Assembly (NCBI GenBank): GCA_950097015.1
Contig: CATNEN010000039.1
Span: 8,804,001-8,868,000 of the forward strand
Length of the DNA: 64,000 nt
Source of the DNA: Macrostomum hystrix
Lineage: Eukaryota > Animalia > Platyhelminthes
Reading direction: 5' to 3'
A program made the position numbers and the translations under genes. This document shows, in pieces, positions 23,794 through 34,839 of the stretch (position 1 is the first letter of the stretch; the number at the start of each line of letters is the position of its first letter). The notes beneath the pieces are model-generated. The model saw only the letters and a program-made list of their open reading frames with translations, had not been told where the DNA came from and searched no databases.

Positions 23794-24999
23794 ATGGCCT
23801 TCCTACAACTGCCTCCACCAGCCCACTTTAGCATCAGAGACGACCCTCACTCTGTAAGCAAGCGCTGGCAGGAGTGGTCGACAAACCTTCTGCGGTACCT
23901 GGCGGCAACCGGCATCAAAGATGAGACGCAGAAACGCCAGATCCTTCTGTATACGGCAGGCAAAGAAGTGAGCGACCTGTACAACGAGATCGCCACCCAG
24001 TCGCAGCAACAAGAAGGCGAGCCCGCAGCCGAGCCCACGGTCGACCAGCTGATCGCACAGTTCAGCACGCACTTCCAAGGCCGCGATAACGTCGTCTTCA
24101 TTCGATACCAGTTTCGCCACTGTCTCCAGGAAGAAGGCGAATCCATAGACGCTTGGCACAGCAGACTGTGGAGCGCCTCGGAAGCCTGCAAGTTCGAGGG
24201 TCTCCGCCAGTCGCTCATCAGGGACCAAATCGTGGCCAGCTGTCGCAGCGAGTCACTGAGGAAGCGCCTGCTGAATATCCCCAACATCAGCCTGTCGGAC
24301 ACTCTTCAGCTGGCCAGGACGCACGAGGCAGCAGAGAAGCAGGCGGCCATCATGACCAGGACAGCGGCAGCCTCTGAGGAAGTGGCGCAACTGCGCCGCC
24401 AGCGCCACCCGCTCCCGGAACCTTCGCGTGAGTCGCAGCAATTTGCTAAGTGCATCCGGTGCGGCGAGCTGGGCCACAAGAGCTGCAGCAGGGCGCAAGG
24501 CAAGCGATGCAGCAGCTGCGGCAAGGCCAACCATCTGGCCAAGGCCTGCCTCAGCAGCCGCTCGAAGATTAACTCACTGCAGCCCGAGCAGGACCAGTCA
24601 GCCGACCAACCACCTAACGAGGTGTTCTGCACGCTCAGCGGCAAGGACGACAGCGCCAAGTTCGTCATCAGAATCAACGGCAGTCCGGTCCGCACACTGA
24701 TCGACAGCGGAGCGAGCTGCAACGTGTTGGACATGGCGACGTTCCACAGAATCTGCCGGCCCGGCACGCCGCTTTCACCGTCCAGCACCACAGTCTTTGC
24801 GCTTGGTGCCAGCGAGCCACTGAAGACAGCCGGCCAAACAACGCTCACTGTCAGAGCGAACCACCGCGAATTGCAGGCCAATTTCATCGTCATCAGCAGC
24901 AACTGCACACCGATTCTCGGAAGATCGTCCAGCACAAAGCTCGGCATGCTGAGAGTCGGACCTGAAGTCAGCACGAACTCTGCGGTGGTGGCCAGCTAA
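23794..24999 (+). CDS. Gypsy-2 Gag-protease
   Basis: QEEGESIDAW capsid motif, knuckles CIRCGELGHKSC and CSSCGKANHLAKAC, protease IDSGAS..ILGR. Confidence 0.92.
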   Translation: MAFLQLPPPAHFSIRDDPHSVSKRWQEWSTNLLRYLAATGIKDETQKRQILLYTAGKEVSDLYNEIATQSQQQEGEPAAEPTVDQLIAQFSTHFQGRDNVVFIRYQFRHCLQEEGESIDAWHSRLWSASEACKFEGLRQSLIRDQIVASCRSESLRKRLLNIPNISLSDTLQLARTHEAAEKQAAIMTRTAAASEEVAQLRRQRHPLPEPSRESQQFAKCIRCGELGHKSCSRAQGKRCSSCGKANHLAKACLSSRSKINSLQPEQDQSADQPPNEVFCTLSGKDDSAKFVIRINGSPVRTLIDSGASCNVLDMATFHRICRPGTPLSPSSTTVFALGASEPLKTAGQTTLTVRANHRELQANFIVISSNCTPILGRSSSTKLGMLRVGPEVSTNSAVVAS

Positions 25000-27772
25000 G
25001 CCGGCCAGCAGTGAGGACCAGCACCTGCCCAAGCAGCTGCAACTTCAGACAATCCTGGCGGAATTCAGCGACTGCTTTCAAGGCATCGGATGCGTGAAGG
25101 GAGTCAGCGTCACTATCAGGCTCAGGCCGGATGCCACTCCAGTCTGCCAGCCGCCATCCCGAGTGCCCGTTCACCTAAGGAATGCTGTAATCAAGGAGCT
25201 GGAAGATCAACTGGCACTGGGAATCGTCGAACGAGTGCGTGGTCCAACAGCCTGGTGCTCCAGGATGGTCGCAGTTCCAAAGGCCGAGCAGGGCGAGGTT
25301 CGCATCACCCAGGACCTCCGCGAGGTGAACAAGTACGTCATCCCAGAGAAGCAGCCTATACCCACATTCGAAGAGGTGACGGACGAGATGGCGGGCGCGA
25401 CGTATTTCTCGGAGCTGGACGTCGCCAAAGCCTTCCACCAAATTGAAGTCGCCGAGGAGTCTAGAGACCTGCTAACGTTCTCCTCACCCATCGGGCTCCT
25501 GCGGCTGCGCCGGCTCTGCATGGGCTTCACATCCGCCTCCGAGATCCTCCAGCGGGTGATGACCTCCGTCCTGAGTGGCCTCCCCGGCGTCCGCTGGGTG
25601 CACGACGACATCCTGGTGTACGCGAAAAACATTGAAGAGCACAACCAGCGCCTGCGAGACTGCCTGGCCCGGTTGAAGGCTAGCAACATCACGTTGAACC
25701 CCAAGAAGTGCCGCTTCGCTCGACCAGAGGTCGACTTTCTCGCCATGCGGCTCTCTGCATGCGGCATTCACCCAAGCGCCGAGAAAGTAGCGGCCATCAA
25801 CAACTTCAAGCGGCCGACCAACGCAACCGAGGTGCGCTCCTTCCTCGGCCTCGTCACCTTCGTGGCGCGCTTCATCAGCAACCTGTCTGACAGGGCCCGG
25901 CCACTCTGCGAGCTGACAAGGCAGGCCGCCGAGTGGACGTGGGGCGAAAAGCAAGAGGCCGCATTCAACGACATCAAACAGAATATCGCCAGCAGCCACG
26001 CGCTGGCATTCTTCAATAGTGAGCTGCAGACTCAGCTGATCGTGGACGCCAGCCCCACGGGTGTCGGCGCCATCCTTGCCCAAGTCCAGCCAGACGGATC
26101 GACGCGGCCGGTGGCATACGCGAGCCGCAGCCTCAGCCCGACCGAGCAGCGCTACTCCCAGACGGAGCGAGAGGCCCTCGCGGTGAAGTACGGCAGCCTG
26201 AAGTTCTACCACTACCTCAGCGGGGGTGGCAGTTTCAAGGTCATCACCGACCACAAGCCGCTGATATCCCTGTTCAGCACGGGGTCTCGGCCGCCACCCC
26301 GCATTGAGCGCATGGCGCTGCGACTGCAAGACCTTGTCTTTCGGGTCGTGTACCAGCCCGGCGCCGGCAACCCGTCTGACGTCCTGAGCCGCCAGCCGCT
26401 GCCAATGCCACCAAACAACGTCGGCGAGCAGGCGGACGCGATCTACGTGGCCACGGCAGTCCAAGCTGCCACTCCGGTGTCCATCAGCCTGGGCACAATC
26501 AAGGCGGCCTCCGAACGAGACGGCACGGTACAAGCAGCGCTACACGCCATCCGCGGCCACCAATGGGACAAGAGTGACACGTGCCTGCAGGGACTCCATG
26601 GCGTATCCCACGAACTATCCGAGCTGAACGGCCTGCTGCTGCGCGGCAGTCAGCTGTACATGCCGACGACTCTGCGATACCGGTGCATGCAGCTGGCCCA
26701 CCAGGGACACCAGGGCGTCAAAAAAACGCTCGACCGCTTGCAAGCGAAGGTCTGGTGGCCAGGCATGCGAGCATCCGTGGAGGCGCACGTAGCAGCCTGC
26801 ACCAGCTGCCTGACCTGCACCAGCGAGACCTCGCCGAAAGCCACGCCGCTAAAGCCGACCGAACTGCCGGAGGGCCCCTGGCTCGAGCTGGGGCTCGACT
26901 TCCTCGGACCGATAAACGGCAAGTCGCTGCTCGTCTGTACGGACCACTTCTCCAGGTTCCCGCTCGTGGAGGTCATGGCCAGCACCACCGCCTCCGCCGT
27001 CATCAACGTGCTACGCCGGTGGTTTAGCATCTTCGGGCAGCCGACAAAGGTGACCACAGACAATGGCCCACCCTTCGCATCGGCCGAGTTCAGCAGCTTC
27101 CTGATGGATCAGGGCGCACGGCACCATCGGATCACGCCTCTCTACCCTCAGGCCAACGGCGCAACGGAGCGGTGCAATCAAGGGCTGAACAAGGCTATCC
27201 GCGCAGCGATCGTCGAAGGCAGGGACTGGACACTGGCCCTGGACGAGTACCTGGCAGCGTACAGACGCACTCCGCACTGCTCCACGGGCGTCGCGCCGGC
27301 CAGTCTGTTATTTGGCAGGCAGATCAACGATGTGATCCCGAGTCTACGACACTCGCAGCCCGTCGACGCGACTCGAGCGGCCATTGCCGACAGCGACAGA
27401 CAGGCCAAGGAGGCTATGAAGCGGCACGCCGACCGACGCTTCAGAGCCGCCGACCACGGCATTCGCGCCGGCGACCGCGTCCTCAGGCGCCAGCAGTCCC
27501 GGCAAAAGACCGACGCCTTCTACGAGTCGGCGCCGTGGACCGTGGCCGAGGTGCAAGGCGACTCCCTGCTCATGCAGCGCGACGACGTCGTCTGCCGCAG
27601 GCACGCCACGCAGGTCAAGTGGCTACCCGGGCAGCCTGAGCAGTCCGATCAGCAGCCGCTCGAACCTCCTGACGCCCCTGAGCTCGCGGAGCCAGTCGCA
27701 GCCCGGCTCCACCCCCGGCGGGCGAAGGACCCAGAGAGGAACTACAGAGAACCCGACCTGCGCAGAAGCTGA
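24953..27772 (+). CDS. Gypsy-2 Pol (RT-RNase H-integrase), in the +1 frame relative to Gag-PR
   Basis: Frame is open from about 24953; VHDD, VDAS, TDHKPL, HQGHQG..C..C, DFLGP, TDNG, TERCN. Confidence 0.92.
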   Translation, partial: ESDLKSARTLRWWPAKPASSEDQHLPKQLQLQTILAEFSDCFQGIGCVKGVSVTIRLRPDATPVCQPPSRVPVHLRNAVIKELEDQLALGIVERVRGPTAWCSRMVAVPKAEQGEVRITQDLREVNKYVIPEKQPIPTFEEVTDEMAGATYFSELDVAKAFHQIEVAEESRDLLTFSSPIGLLRLRRLCMGFTSASEILQRVMTSVLSGLPGVRWVHDDILVYAKNIEEHNQRLRDCLARLKASNITLNPKKCRFARPEVDFLAMRLSACGIHPSAEKVAAINNFKRPTNATEVRSFLGLVTFVARFISNLSDRARPLCELTRQAAEWTWGEKQEAAFNDIKQNIASSHALAFFNSELQTQLIVDASPTGVGAILAQVQPDGSTRPVAYASRSLSPTEQRYSQTEREALAVKYGSLKFYHYLSGGGSFKVITDHKPLISLFSTGSRPPPRIERMALRLQDLVFRVVYQPGAGNPSDVLSRQPLPMPPNNVGEQADAIYVATAVQAATPVSISLGTIKAASERDGTVQAALHAIRGHQWDKSDTCLQGLHGVSHELSELNGLLLRGSQLYMPTTLRYRCMQLAHQGHQGVKKTLDRLQAKVWWPGMRASVEAHVAACTSCLTCTSETSPKATPLKPTELPEGPWLELGLDFLGPINGKSLLVCTDHFSRFPLVEVMASTTASAVINVLRRWFSIFGQPTKVTTDNGPPFASAEFSSFLMDQGARHHRITPLYPQANGATERCNQGLNKAIRAAIVEGRDWTLALDEYLAAYRRTPHCSTGVAPASLLFGRQINDVIPSLRHSQPVDATRAAIADSDRQAKEAMKRHADRRFRAADHGIRAGDRVLRRQQSRQKTDAFYESAPWTVAEVQGDSLLMQRDDVVCRRHATQVKWLPGQPEQSDQQPLEPPDAPELAEPVAARLHPRRAKDPERNYREPDLRRS

Positions 27773-27862
27773 ATTGCTTGATTGACAGACTAAAGTTACA
27801 AGGACTGTTCTAAAAACAATTATATTGTTGCCTGCTACTACTTCTTTCATTTTATTCCCTAT

Positions 27863-28195
27863 TGTCGCTAAATTATCATGAAGTGCGCCTGCACTGGACC
27901 CCCTCATGCATTACTCGTATCTTCGCTGCCTGCCCACCTTTTCTCTAATGTACGCCTCAACCCCCCCCCGTGTTCGCCACCCCTCTCGATCGCTCGTCTC
28001 TTATCTTTCTCTCCACAATGTACGCTCAGCTCCCCCATTGTTATCTCGCTATAATAAAATCAATAAAATTGGTTACGAGACTTCTGGCTATAAATTCTTG
28101 ACCCGCTGGCTCTCGGACCGCCGCAAGGATTTCTAATCGCACCAACAACCAACCATTATTTAAGCCTCACTTAAATTTACGTGTAAGTCACAACA
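27863..28195 (+). repeat. BEL 5' LTR (333 bp)
   Basis: Direct repeat of 34508-34839. Confidence 0.97.
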
Positions 28196-28221
28196 TGGCG
28201 CCCAATCTAAATTAAAACGCT

Positions 28222-28420
28222 GTTTCTCGTCTCGTCGCGGTCTCGTTGTCTCGGCTCTGTCTAGTCGTTGTTTTCTTCTGTCTCTTCGCGGTCTCGTCAT
28301 CTCGGTTGTCTCGTCGCGGTCTCGTCATCTCGGTTGTCTCGTCGCGGTCTCGTCATCTCGGCTCTGTCTCGTCGCGGTCTCGCCTCGCCTGTCTCGCCGC
28401 GATTTCGTCAGTCTCTCGCG
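28222..28420. repeat. About 28-bp degenerate tandem repeat in the BEL 5' UTR
   Basis: TCTCGTCGCGGTCTCGTCATCTCGGTTG units. Confidence 0.85.
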
Positions 28421-28715
28421 GTCTTATCGTGGCGGTTTCGCTCCTGGTCTCAGGACACTTCAGTACTTCCCGGACTACATCATCAGACTGTCGATTGTGT
28501 AGTGAGCTTGTCCGACTTATCCGTACGATTTTTTTCAGTTCCTGTTCAATTTCAAAGCAACTCTTGTTTTTTTTGCTCATTGTACCATTGGACCATCTTC
28601 CTCCCTTTTTTGGTTGACTATTTTCTCTAGGGTCTTGGCTTATCCCGGGTGTTGACTGCGCTCTGTCCTTCGTTTATCGGTCATCTAGGGTCGAGCTCGT
28701 TTGAGTTGCTTCATC

Positions 28716-31700
28716 ATGTCGTTGTCCAAGGAGGAGATTTCTGAGCTAGTTCGGCGAAGGGCTGTTGTTCGTTCGAGTATTACGAAGGCAATCGGCAAGG
28801 CAGAAGCTCTTCTAGATAAGAGTGGAAAATCGACGGCTAAGACATTAGCTGAAGCGGACTCACTGTTGGAGATTTTAAAGGCCAAGATGAATCAGCTGGA
28901 AAAGATGGATGAGGAGTTAGAATTTGGAATTCCAGACGAGACGTTGGATGAAGAGCAGGATTCAATTCAAGAATACTCTCTCAAATGTCGGCAGACAATC
29001 AAATTATTAGAAGGGTTTTCCTCGAAATATCAACTCGATACGCGGACCAGTCCAGCTCTAGGACAGAAGTCAACTGAGCCCAACATCCGGCTGCCGAAGC
29101 GTCAGATCCCTACCTTTCATGGTACTGTCGCAACCTGGCAAACATTCTGGGATCAGTTTTCATCCTCGATCGATTCGAATAACTCACTGTCTGACATAGA
29201 TAAATTCAATTACCTGCTAGACTGTCTTTCGGATTCAGCTCGCTCTTGCATCCGAGGATTCTCCGTTACTTCGTCAAATTATCGTGCCGCAGTAAGTACT
29301 CTTAAGGATCGCTATGGCAAGCCCGAGATTATTATTCGTGACCTAATGACCCAATTGTCCGACCTTCAACTTGTTGACACCACATTGATTGGGTTGCAGC
29401 GCTTTCACGATGATGTAGCTGCGATCACTCAAAATCTTAGTAACCAAGGTGTCTCTTCATCGTCGTATGAGGCTCTGCTGCTTCCATCCCTGCTGCGTCG
29501 CTGCCCAGCTGAACTTCGACTCGAACTGCACCGCTCAGCCAACTTGGCGGGCAATGAGATTGACTCCATTGAGGCTCTACTAGAGTGCCTACAAAACGAG
29601 ATTAACCTTCGAGAAGCTGCTGGTATGACTGCATCGCAGAAGCTCCGCCCTCGAGACTTCGAAAAGGGAGCAAACGCCTCAACGATTCCTAAGCTCGCTT
29701 CTGCATCTACTCTGGTCTCAGACAAGACCACAGCCTTACCTTCCCGTCAAATACAGACAGATTTTCGACCAGCGGCCTCCGTAAAAGTGTTCTGTACGTA
29801 CTGTGGTTCCGCCCATATTTCTGAAAAATGCCCAACAATGGCCTCTGTAACTTCTAGAATGAACTTCTTAAAGAAAACCGATCGTTGCTTCAAGTGTCTT
29901 CGAACCGGACACTTATCAAAGGCATGTAGCGATCGCCGCTGCTGCCGAATCTGCTCTGGCAATCATCACTCTAGCATTTGTACAGCTACCACTGATCAGT
30001 CGAACACAAAGGTCGGTCCAATCACAAAGTCTAAGAATCCGCCTCAAGTTCTCTCACGAAAGGACCGATGTTTGACTGTCTCTTCTCAGCCTTCTTCACA
30101 GGATGATCATCACAAGGACCACCCAAACATCACAAACATCGCAGATGAAACAATTCACAGTACTACGTGTCTAACTCGAACTGACTCCAATCTGACTAGT
30201 CATCAGCAGCAACAAGCAGTTCTTCCAATGTTCATTATGCGCAATCCAACTGTCGTATTGCCTGTCGCAAAGGCCATTCTGCTAAGCTCCGGAGGTGAAC
30301 GCGAGTTGATGGTACGCATGTTGCTCGATACTGGTAGCAATCGAACCTATATCCGCGAAGATGTTTGCCAGCTTCTCGGCCTCCAGTCGACGAACTCCGA
30401 ACGACTTCAGATATCAGCCTTCTCAGGCCACACCTCAGTGGTCGACTCGGGCAAAGTCACGCTGACTCTTCGAAAAATTGACTCACCCCAAGTAATCCGA
30501 CTCGACGCCAGCATCGTCAAAGATATATGCCAACCACAACGTTCGGTCATGGTTACCAGTTACGAACATCTCGGTGGCTTAGATCTTGCTGACCCCTATG
30601 ATCCACGTGACGCTACAACGCCAATTTCCATCCTCGTCGGATCCGATCAATATTATCAAATCGTCACAGGCAATGTAGTCCGTGGTGCCTCCGGTCCAGT
30701 AGCTATGGAAACGAAACTCGGCTTCGTTTTGTGTGGACCACTGACTGTCGACTGCCTGACTAAAGAATATGATCAATCAGACAACGCTGCTTGCACAGCA
30801 GTTCAAACATTATGCTGCTCAGTCCGAGTGGAAACGGAAGATGACCTAACAAGCTTCTGGAAGCTAGAAACTCTAGGAATCACGGATCCACACACAAAGC
30901 CAGAAGAAAGCTCGTTTGATTGCGCTCCTCGACTATTCGAATCTAGGTATTCCGTTAAGCTACCTTGGAAGCAGCTAGAAGTCACTCGTTCTCTCGATAA
31001 TCACTTCGATCTCGCCTTCCGTCGCCTTCGTTCAACAATGCAACGTTTGAATAAGTTTCCTGAGCTCCTGAAGAAGTACAGGGACATCATTGAAGAACAG
31101 GAACAGGCCGGCATCATTGAGAGAGTTCCGTCTGACGACTTATGCAAACCATTGACTTCGGTCCATTACCTGCCGCATTCTTACGTCGTGAAGTCGAACA
31201 GTGAATTCACAAAACTCAGAGTTGTCTACGATGGATCCGCCAAGCTGCACAAAGATGATCTGTCCATCAACGATCTTCTGCAAGTGGGACCAACAGAGTT
31301 CCCCCAAATTCCAGCTCTATTAATCCGATTCCGGTGGCATCCGATTGCAATCCTAGCCGATATCGAGAAGGCTTTTCTGCAAGTCGGAATCGAACTTGAA
31401 GATCGCGACTTCTTGCGCTTCCTGTGGGTCCAGTCAAGGGATTCGGAACCAAATCACAATCAGCTGATTCACTACCGTTTCTGCAGAGTCCCATTCGGAT
31501 TGACCTGCTCGCCAGCTCTTTTGAAGGTCACCATCCTTCAACATCTCAAGAATCACCAAGCCGCCTTCGTCAAAAGCGCTGAAATTCTCTCTCGCGACAT
31601 GTACGTCGATAATCTCGTAACAAGCTGCGACACTGTAAAGGCTGCTACTACTCTCTACCACGATGCTCAAGAGCTGTTTCGACTGGCCGGTATGAATATT

Positions 31701-34181
31701 AGACAATGGCAATCTAACTCTGAAGAGTTCCTATCCATCCTGCCACCAGACGGTGTCGGTCATGCTGAGAAGGTGCTTGGTCTGACGTGGGACTCCAAAA
31801 GAGACATGCTCCTACTCGATTTTCGCTGTTGTGCTGAAGCCACACTACGCGTTGCAACATCCAAACGCTCCATGCTCGCTTTCTTAGCTAAACTCTACGA
31901 TCCTCTCGGCCTCATCTCGCCAGCTATGACTGTCGTCAAGTCCCTACTGCAACAGCTGCAAATTAGGAAAGTCTCCTGGGATGAAACTATTCCGATTGAC
32001 ATTCAGGAAGTGTGGACACAATGGCTCCGCTCCCTCGCATCATTCTACCTAGAAGTCCCTCGCTACTTATTTTTACCGTCTCAGAGTCCGCTTCGCATTG
32101 AGCTTCATGGGTTCTGTGACGCCAGTGAGAAAGCGTTTGCTGCCTGTATCTACACAGTAGCTTTCTACTCGGAGGACAAAACTTCCTCCAGACTCTTACT
32201 ATCTAAGACTCGCGTAGCACCAATATCGACACTGTCAATCTCCAGACTGGAACTAGGGGCTCTGATTTTGTCTCGCCTGATGGGCCACGTAACTCAGCAG
32301 TATCCTAACGTCTGTAGACACTTTTGGACAGACAGCATGAACACACTACACTGGATCAGGAATGAGAACAAGCAAAGGAAGCTCTTTGTGCAAAATAGGG
32401 TCAGTGAGATCCGACGACTTTCATCACCGTTTGAGTGGCATCACGTTGCGGGCGATGACAATCCGGCCGATTTGCCGTCACGAGGATGTCTGCCCGAAAA
32501 ACTTCAAAGTGATGACAGATGGCTTCGAGGACCAGAATTTCTGACTTCGGTTGATCTACCAGAGATACTGGAACGACAGAAAAAGGAGCTGTCCCTTGCT
32601 GTCACTTGCGTTGCACCTGATGTCAGCCACCAATTATTCGTCTCGTCAACAGCAGAACATCCAAATACGACTGACACATCATTACTATCTATTGAAGCAG
32701 TTATTGATCCATCTCAGTTTTCGAGTTGGAAGAAGTTGATTCGAGTTTCAGCCTGGGTTCGAAGGTTTATCAGCAATGTCCGCGCTTCACTCAATCAAGA
32801 GGAAAGTTGCATGCTACCATCGATCACAGCAAATGAGTGGCGTGATTCCGAACGTATCTGGCTTCTGAGTAGTCAGCGAAGGAACTTTTCTCCAGAAATC
32901 GAACACTTACGTCACCAGACTACAGCTACATCGGTCAATAAAAATTTGAACCTCTTCTTGGACGATAATGGCCTCCTTCGCTGCCGAGGTCGCCTGTCCA
33001 CCGACTTTCATTTCGAGACTAACAATCCAATTCTATTACCGCGTCATACTCAAATCGAACAGCTGATCATTACTCACTGTCACGAAGCTGTTTGCCATGG
33101 TGGAGTTGGAGACACACTCAGTAAGATCCGAGAAAAGTACTGGGTATTAAAAGGTCGTCAGCGTGTGAAACAGGAACTAAAGCACTGCGTCATCTGCAAG
33201 AAAGTCCAAGGTCTTCCCTTTTCCGTGGCCAAGACTCCGCCTCTACCTGGCTTTCGTCTGTCTGACATCCGTGCGTTTCAGACTGTCGGCCTCGATCTTG
33301 CAGGACCACTGTATTATCGTGCGCACAATGCTCAAGAAGGACTGAAGGCATACATCCTGTTGTTCACCTGCTCCTCAACCCGAGCCATACATTTAGAGAC
33401 TCTCTCTGACATGACGACGCCTCAGTTTATCAACGGTCTGCGCCGCTTCGTTGCCAGGAGAGGTCTCCCTTCGATAATCAGTGACAACGCGCGAACTTTC
33501 ACATCCGCAGCTAAGCTCCTCGACATCCGTGTCAACGACGAGATACAAAACTTCTGCAACTCCAGAGGCATATCTTGGTCCTTCATCCCTGCCAAAGCTC
33601 CTTGGTGGGGTGGCTTCTGGGAGCGCTTGGTCAAATCCGTCAAGCTCGCGCTTCGAAAAACACTAAATCGCTTACTGCTAACGTTGGACCAGCTGTCAAC
33701 TGTGATCATTGAAGTCGAAGCGATCATTAACAGCCGTCCTCTGCTGTATGTCCCATCAGACGACATTGATGAAATAATTACTCCGTCGCATTTTCTGACT
33801 CTTCGAAGACTCACAAAAGAACCTGATTCACCGAATGAAGTCGTACTGCCACTCCCTAAACGTTTAAGCTTGCATCGCGCGGCTCTGACTCACTTCTGGA
33901 AAGTCTGGAGAGACGTCTACGCTACAGCGTTAAGAGAGAGATCTGCAATCGTCTGCAAAGGTTCTCGTGAACCGGTGATCGGCGAAGTGGTGCTTGTAGA
34001 AGGTGAGCGTCACCAGTCTCGGCTGAAGTGGAAGCTAGGTGTCGTTGAGTCGTTGTCTCATGGTCGCGATGGTGTGTGTCGATCGGCATTGGTTCGCCTT
34101 GCACGGATTGCCGATTCCCGAGGGGCAGAGCGCATTAGACGCCCGGTTCAGGCCTTGGTTCCCCTGGAGTTCTCTGAGTGA
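28716..34181 (+). CDS. BEL/Pao Gag-Pol polyprotein (about 1820 aa)
   Basis: LPKRQIPTFHG (DUF1759-like), triple Cys/His knuckles, LLDTGS protease, ADIEKAFLQ and YVDN RT, LHGFCDAS and NPADLPSRG, integrase DLAGP/SDNA/WERL, C-terminal RRPVQALVPLE. First ATG at 28716. Confidence 0.97.
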   Translation: MSLSKEEISELVRRRAVVRSSITKAIGKAEALLDKSGKSTAKTLAEADSLLEILKAKMNQLEKMDEELEFGIPDETLDEEQDSIQEYSLKCRQTIKLLEGFSSKYQLDTRTSPALGQKSTEPNIRLPKRQIPTFHGTVATWQTFWDQFSSSIDSNNSLSDIDKFNYLLDCLSDSARSCIRGFSVTSSNYRAAVSTLKDRYGKPEIIIRDLMTQLSDLQLVDTTLIGLQRFHDDVAAITQNLSNQGVSSSSYEALLLPSLLRRCPAELRLELHRSANLAGNEIDSIEALLECLQNEINLREAAGMTASQKLRPRDFEKGANASTIPKLASASTLVSDKTTALPSRQIQTDFRPAASVKVFCTYCGSAHISEKCPTMASVTSRMNFLKKTDRCFKCLRTGHLSKACSDRRCCRICSGNHHSSICTATTDQSNTKVGPITKSKNPPQVLSRKDRCLTVSSQPSSQDDHHKDHPNITNIADETIHSTTCLTRTDSNLTSHQQQQAVLPMFIMRNPTVVLPVAKAILLSSGGERELMVRMLLDTGSNRTYIREDVCQLLGLQSTNSERLQISAFSGHTSVVDSGKVTLTLRKIDSPQVIRLDASIVKDICQPQRSVMVTSYEHLGGLDLADPYDPRDATTPISILVGSDQYYQIVTGNVVRGASGPVAMETKLGFVLCGPLTVDCLTKEYDQSDNAACTAVQTLCCSVRVETEDDLTSFWKLETLGITDPHTKPEESSFDCAPRLFESRYSVKLPWKQLEVTRSLDNHFDLAFRRLRSTMQRLNKFPELLKKYRDIIEEQEQAGIIERVPSDDLCKPLTSVHYLPHSYVVKSNSEFTKLRVVYDGSAKLHKDDLSINDLLQVGPTEFPQIPALLIRFRWHPIAILADIEKAFLQVGIELEDRDFLRFLWVQSRDSEPNHNQLIHYRFCRVPFGLTCSPALLKVTILQHLKNHQAAFVKSAEILSRDMYVDNLVTSCDTVKAATTLYHDAQELFRLAGMNIRQWQSNSEEFLSILPPDGVGHAEKVLGLTWDSKRDMLLLDFRCCAEATLRVATSKRSMLAFLAKLYDPLGLISPAMTVVKSLLQQLQIRKVSWDETIPIDIQEVWTQWLRSLASFYLEVPRYLFLPSQSPLRIELHGFCDASEKAFAACIYTVAFYSEDKTSSRLLLSKTRVAPISTLSISRLELGALILSRLMGHVTQQYPNVCRHFWTDSMNTLHWIRNENKQRKLFVQNRVSEIRRLSSPFEWHHVAGDDNPADLPSRGCLPEKLQSDDRWLRGPEFLTSVDLPEILERQKKELSLAVTCVAPDVSHQLFVSSTAEHPNTTDTSLLSIEAVIDPSQFSSWKKLIRVSAWVRRFISNVRASLNQEESCMLPSITANEWRDSERIWLLSSQRRNFSPEIEHLRHQTTATSVNKNLNLFLDDNGLLRCRGRLSTDFHFETNNPILLPRHTQIEQLIITHCHEAVCHGGVGDTLSKIREKYWVLKGRQRVKQELKHCVICKKVQGLPFSVAKTPPLPGFRLSDIRAFQTVGLDLAGPLYYRAHNAQEGLKAYILLFTCSSTRAIHLETLSDMTTPQFINGLRRFVARRGLPSIISDNARTFTSAAKLLDIRVNDEIQNFCNSRGISWSFIPAKAPWWGGFWERLVKSVKLALRKTLNRLLLTLDQLSTVIIEVEAIINSRPLLYVPSDDIDEIITPSHFLTLRRLTKEPDSPNEVVLPLPKRLSLHRAALTHFWKVWRDVYATALRERSAIVCKGSREPVIGEVVLVEGERHQSRLKWKLGVVESLSHGRDGVCRSALVRLARIADSRGAERIRRPVQALVPLEFSE

Positions 34182-34507
34182 TCTCACCTCAGTTTTTTCT
34201 TTTTTTTCGTTATCTCAATTATAAAAGTCGAGCGTAATTTCAAAATTCACTACTTAAGATATTTTTTTTCATCATCTAAACGTTTGCACTCTAAGAATGT
34301 TCAATGTCGATGCGGTTTCGAAAGTTTTTGCTTGAAAATTTATTGTCATTAATTTATTCGTTTCCAATTCATTATCGTCAATTTTGGTATTTTTTCGGGG
34401 GAGGATGATATACTGTTAAAGTTATTGCCTTTCTTTCATTCGCGCGACTTACGAGTAACTAATCAATTACCTGTCACCTGTCATCTATTCGTTTTTTTTC
34501 GGGGGAG

Positions 34508-34839
34508 TGTCGCTAAATTATCATGAAGTGCGCCTGCACTGGACCCCCTCATGCATTACTCGTATCTTCGCTGCCTGCCCACCTTTTCTCTAATGTACGC
34601 CTCAACCCCCCCCGTGTTCGCCACCCCTCTCGATCGCTCGTCTCTTATCTTTCTCTCCACAATGTACGCTCAGCTCCCCCATTGTTATCTCGCTATAATA
34701 AAATCAATAAAATTGGTTACGAGACTTCTGGCTATAAATTCTTGACCCGCTGGCTCTCGGACCGCCGCAAGGATTTCTAATCGCACCAACAACCAACCAT
34801 TATTTAAGCCTCACTTAAATTTACGTGTAAGTCACAACA
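34508..34839 (+). repeat. BEL 3' LTR (332 bp)
   Basis: Direct repeat of 27863-28195. Confidence 0.97.

Larger units (their letters stand above)
27863..34839 (+). mobile_element. BEL/Pao LTR retrotransposon, full-length with an intact ORF
   Basis: LTRs at 27863-28195 and 34508-34839 (TGTCG...CAACA) differing only in homopolymer length; PBS TGGCGCCCAA (tRNA-Lys-like) at 28196; PPT GGGGGAG at 34501. Confidence 0.97.

Noticed and set aside
31600-31613. YVDN instead of YxDD as an inactivating BEL RT mutation
   Set aside because: YVDN is a recurrent natural variant in BEL/Pao RTs, and the rest of the ORF is intact.
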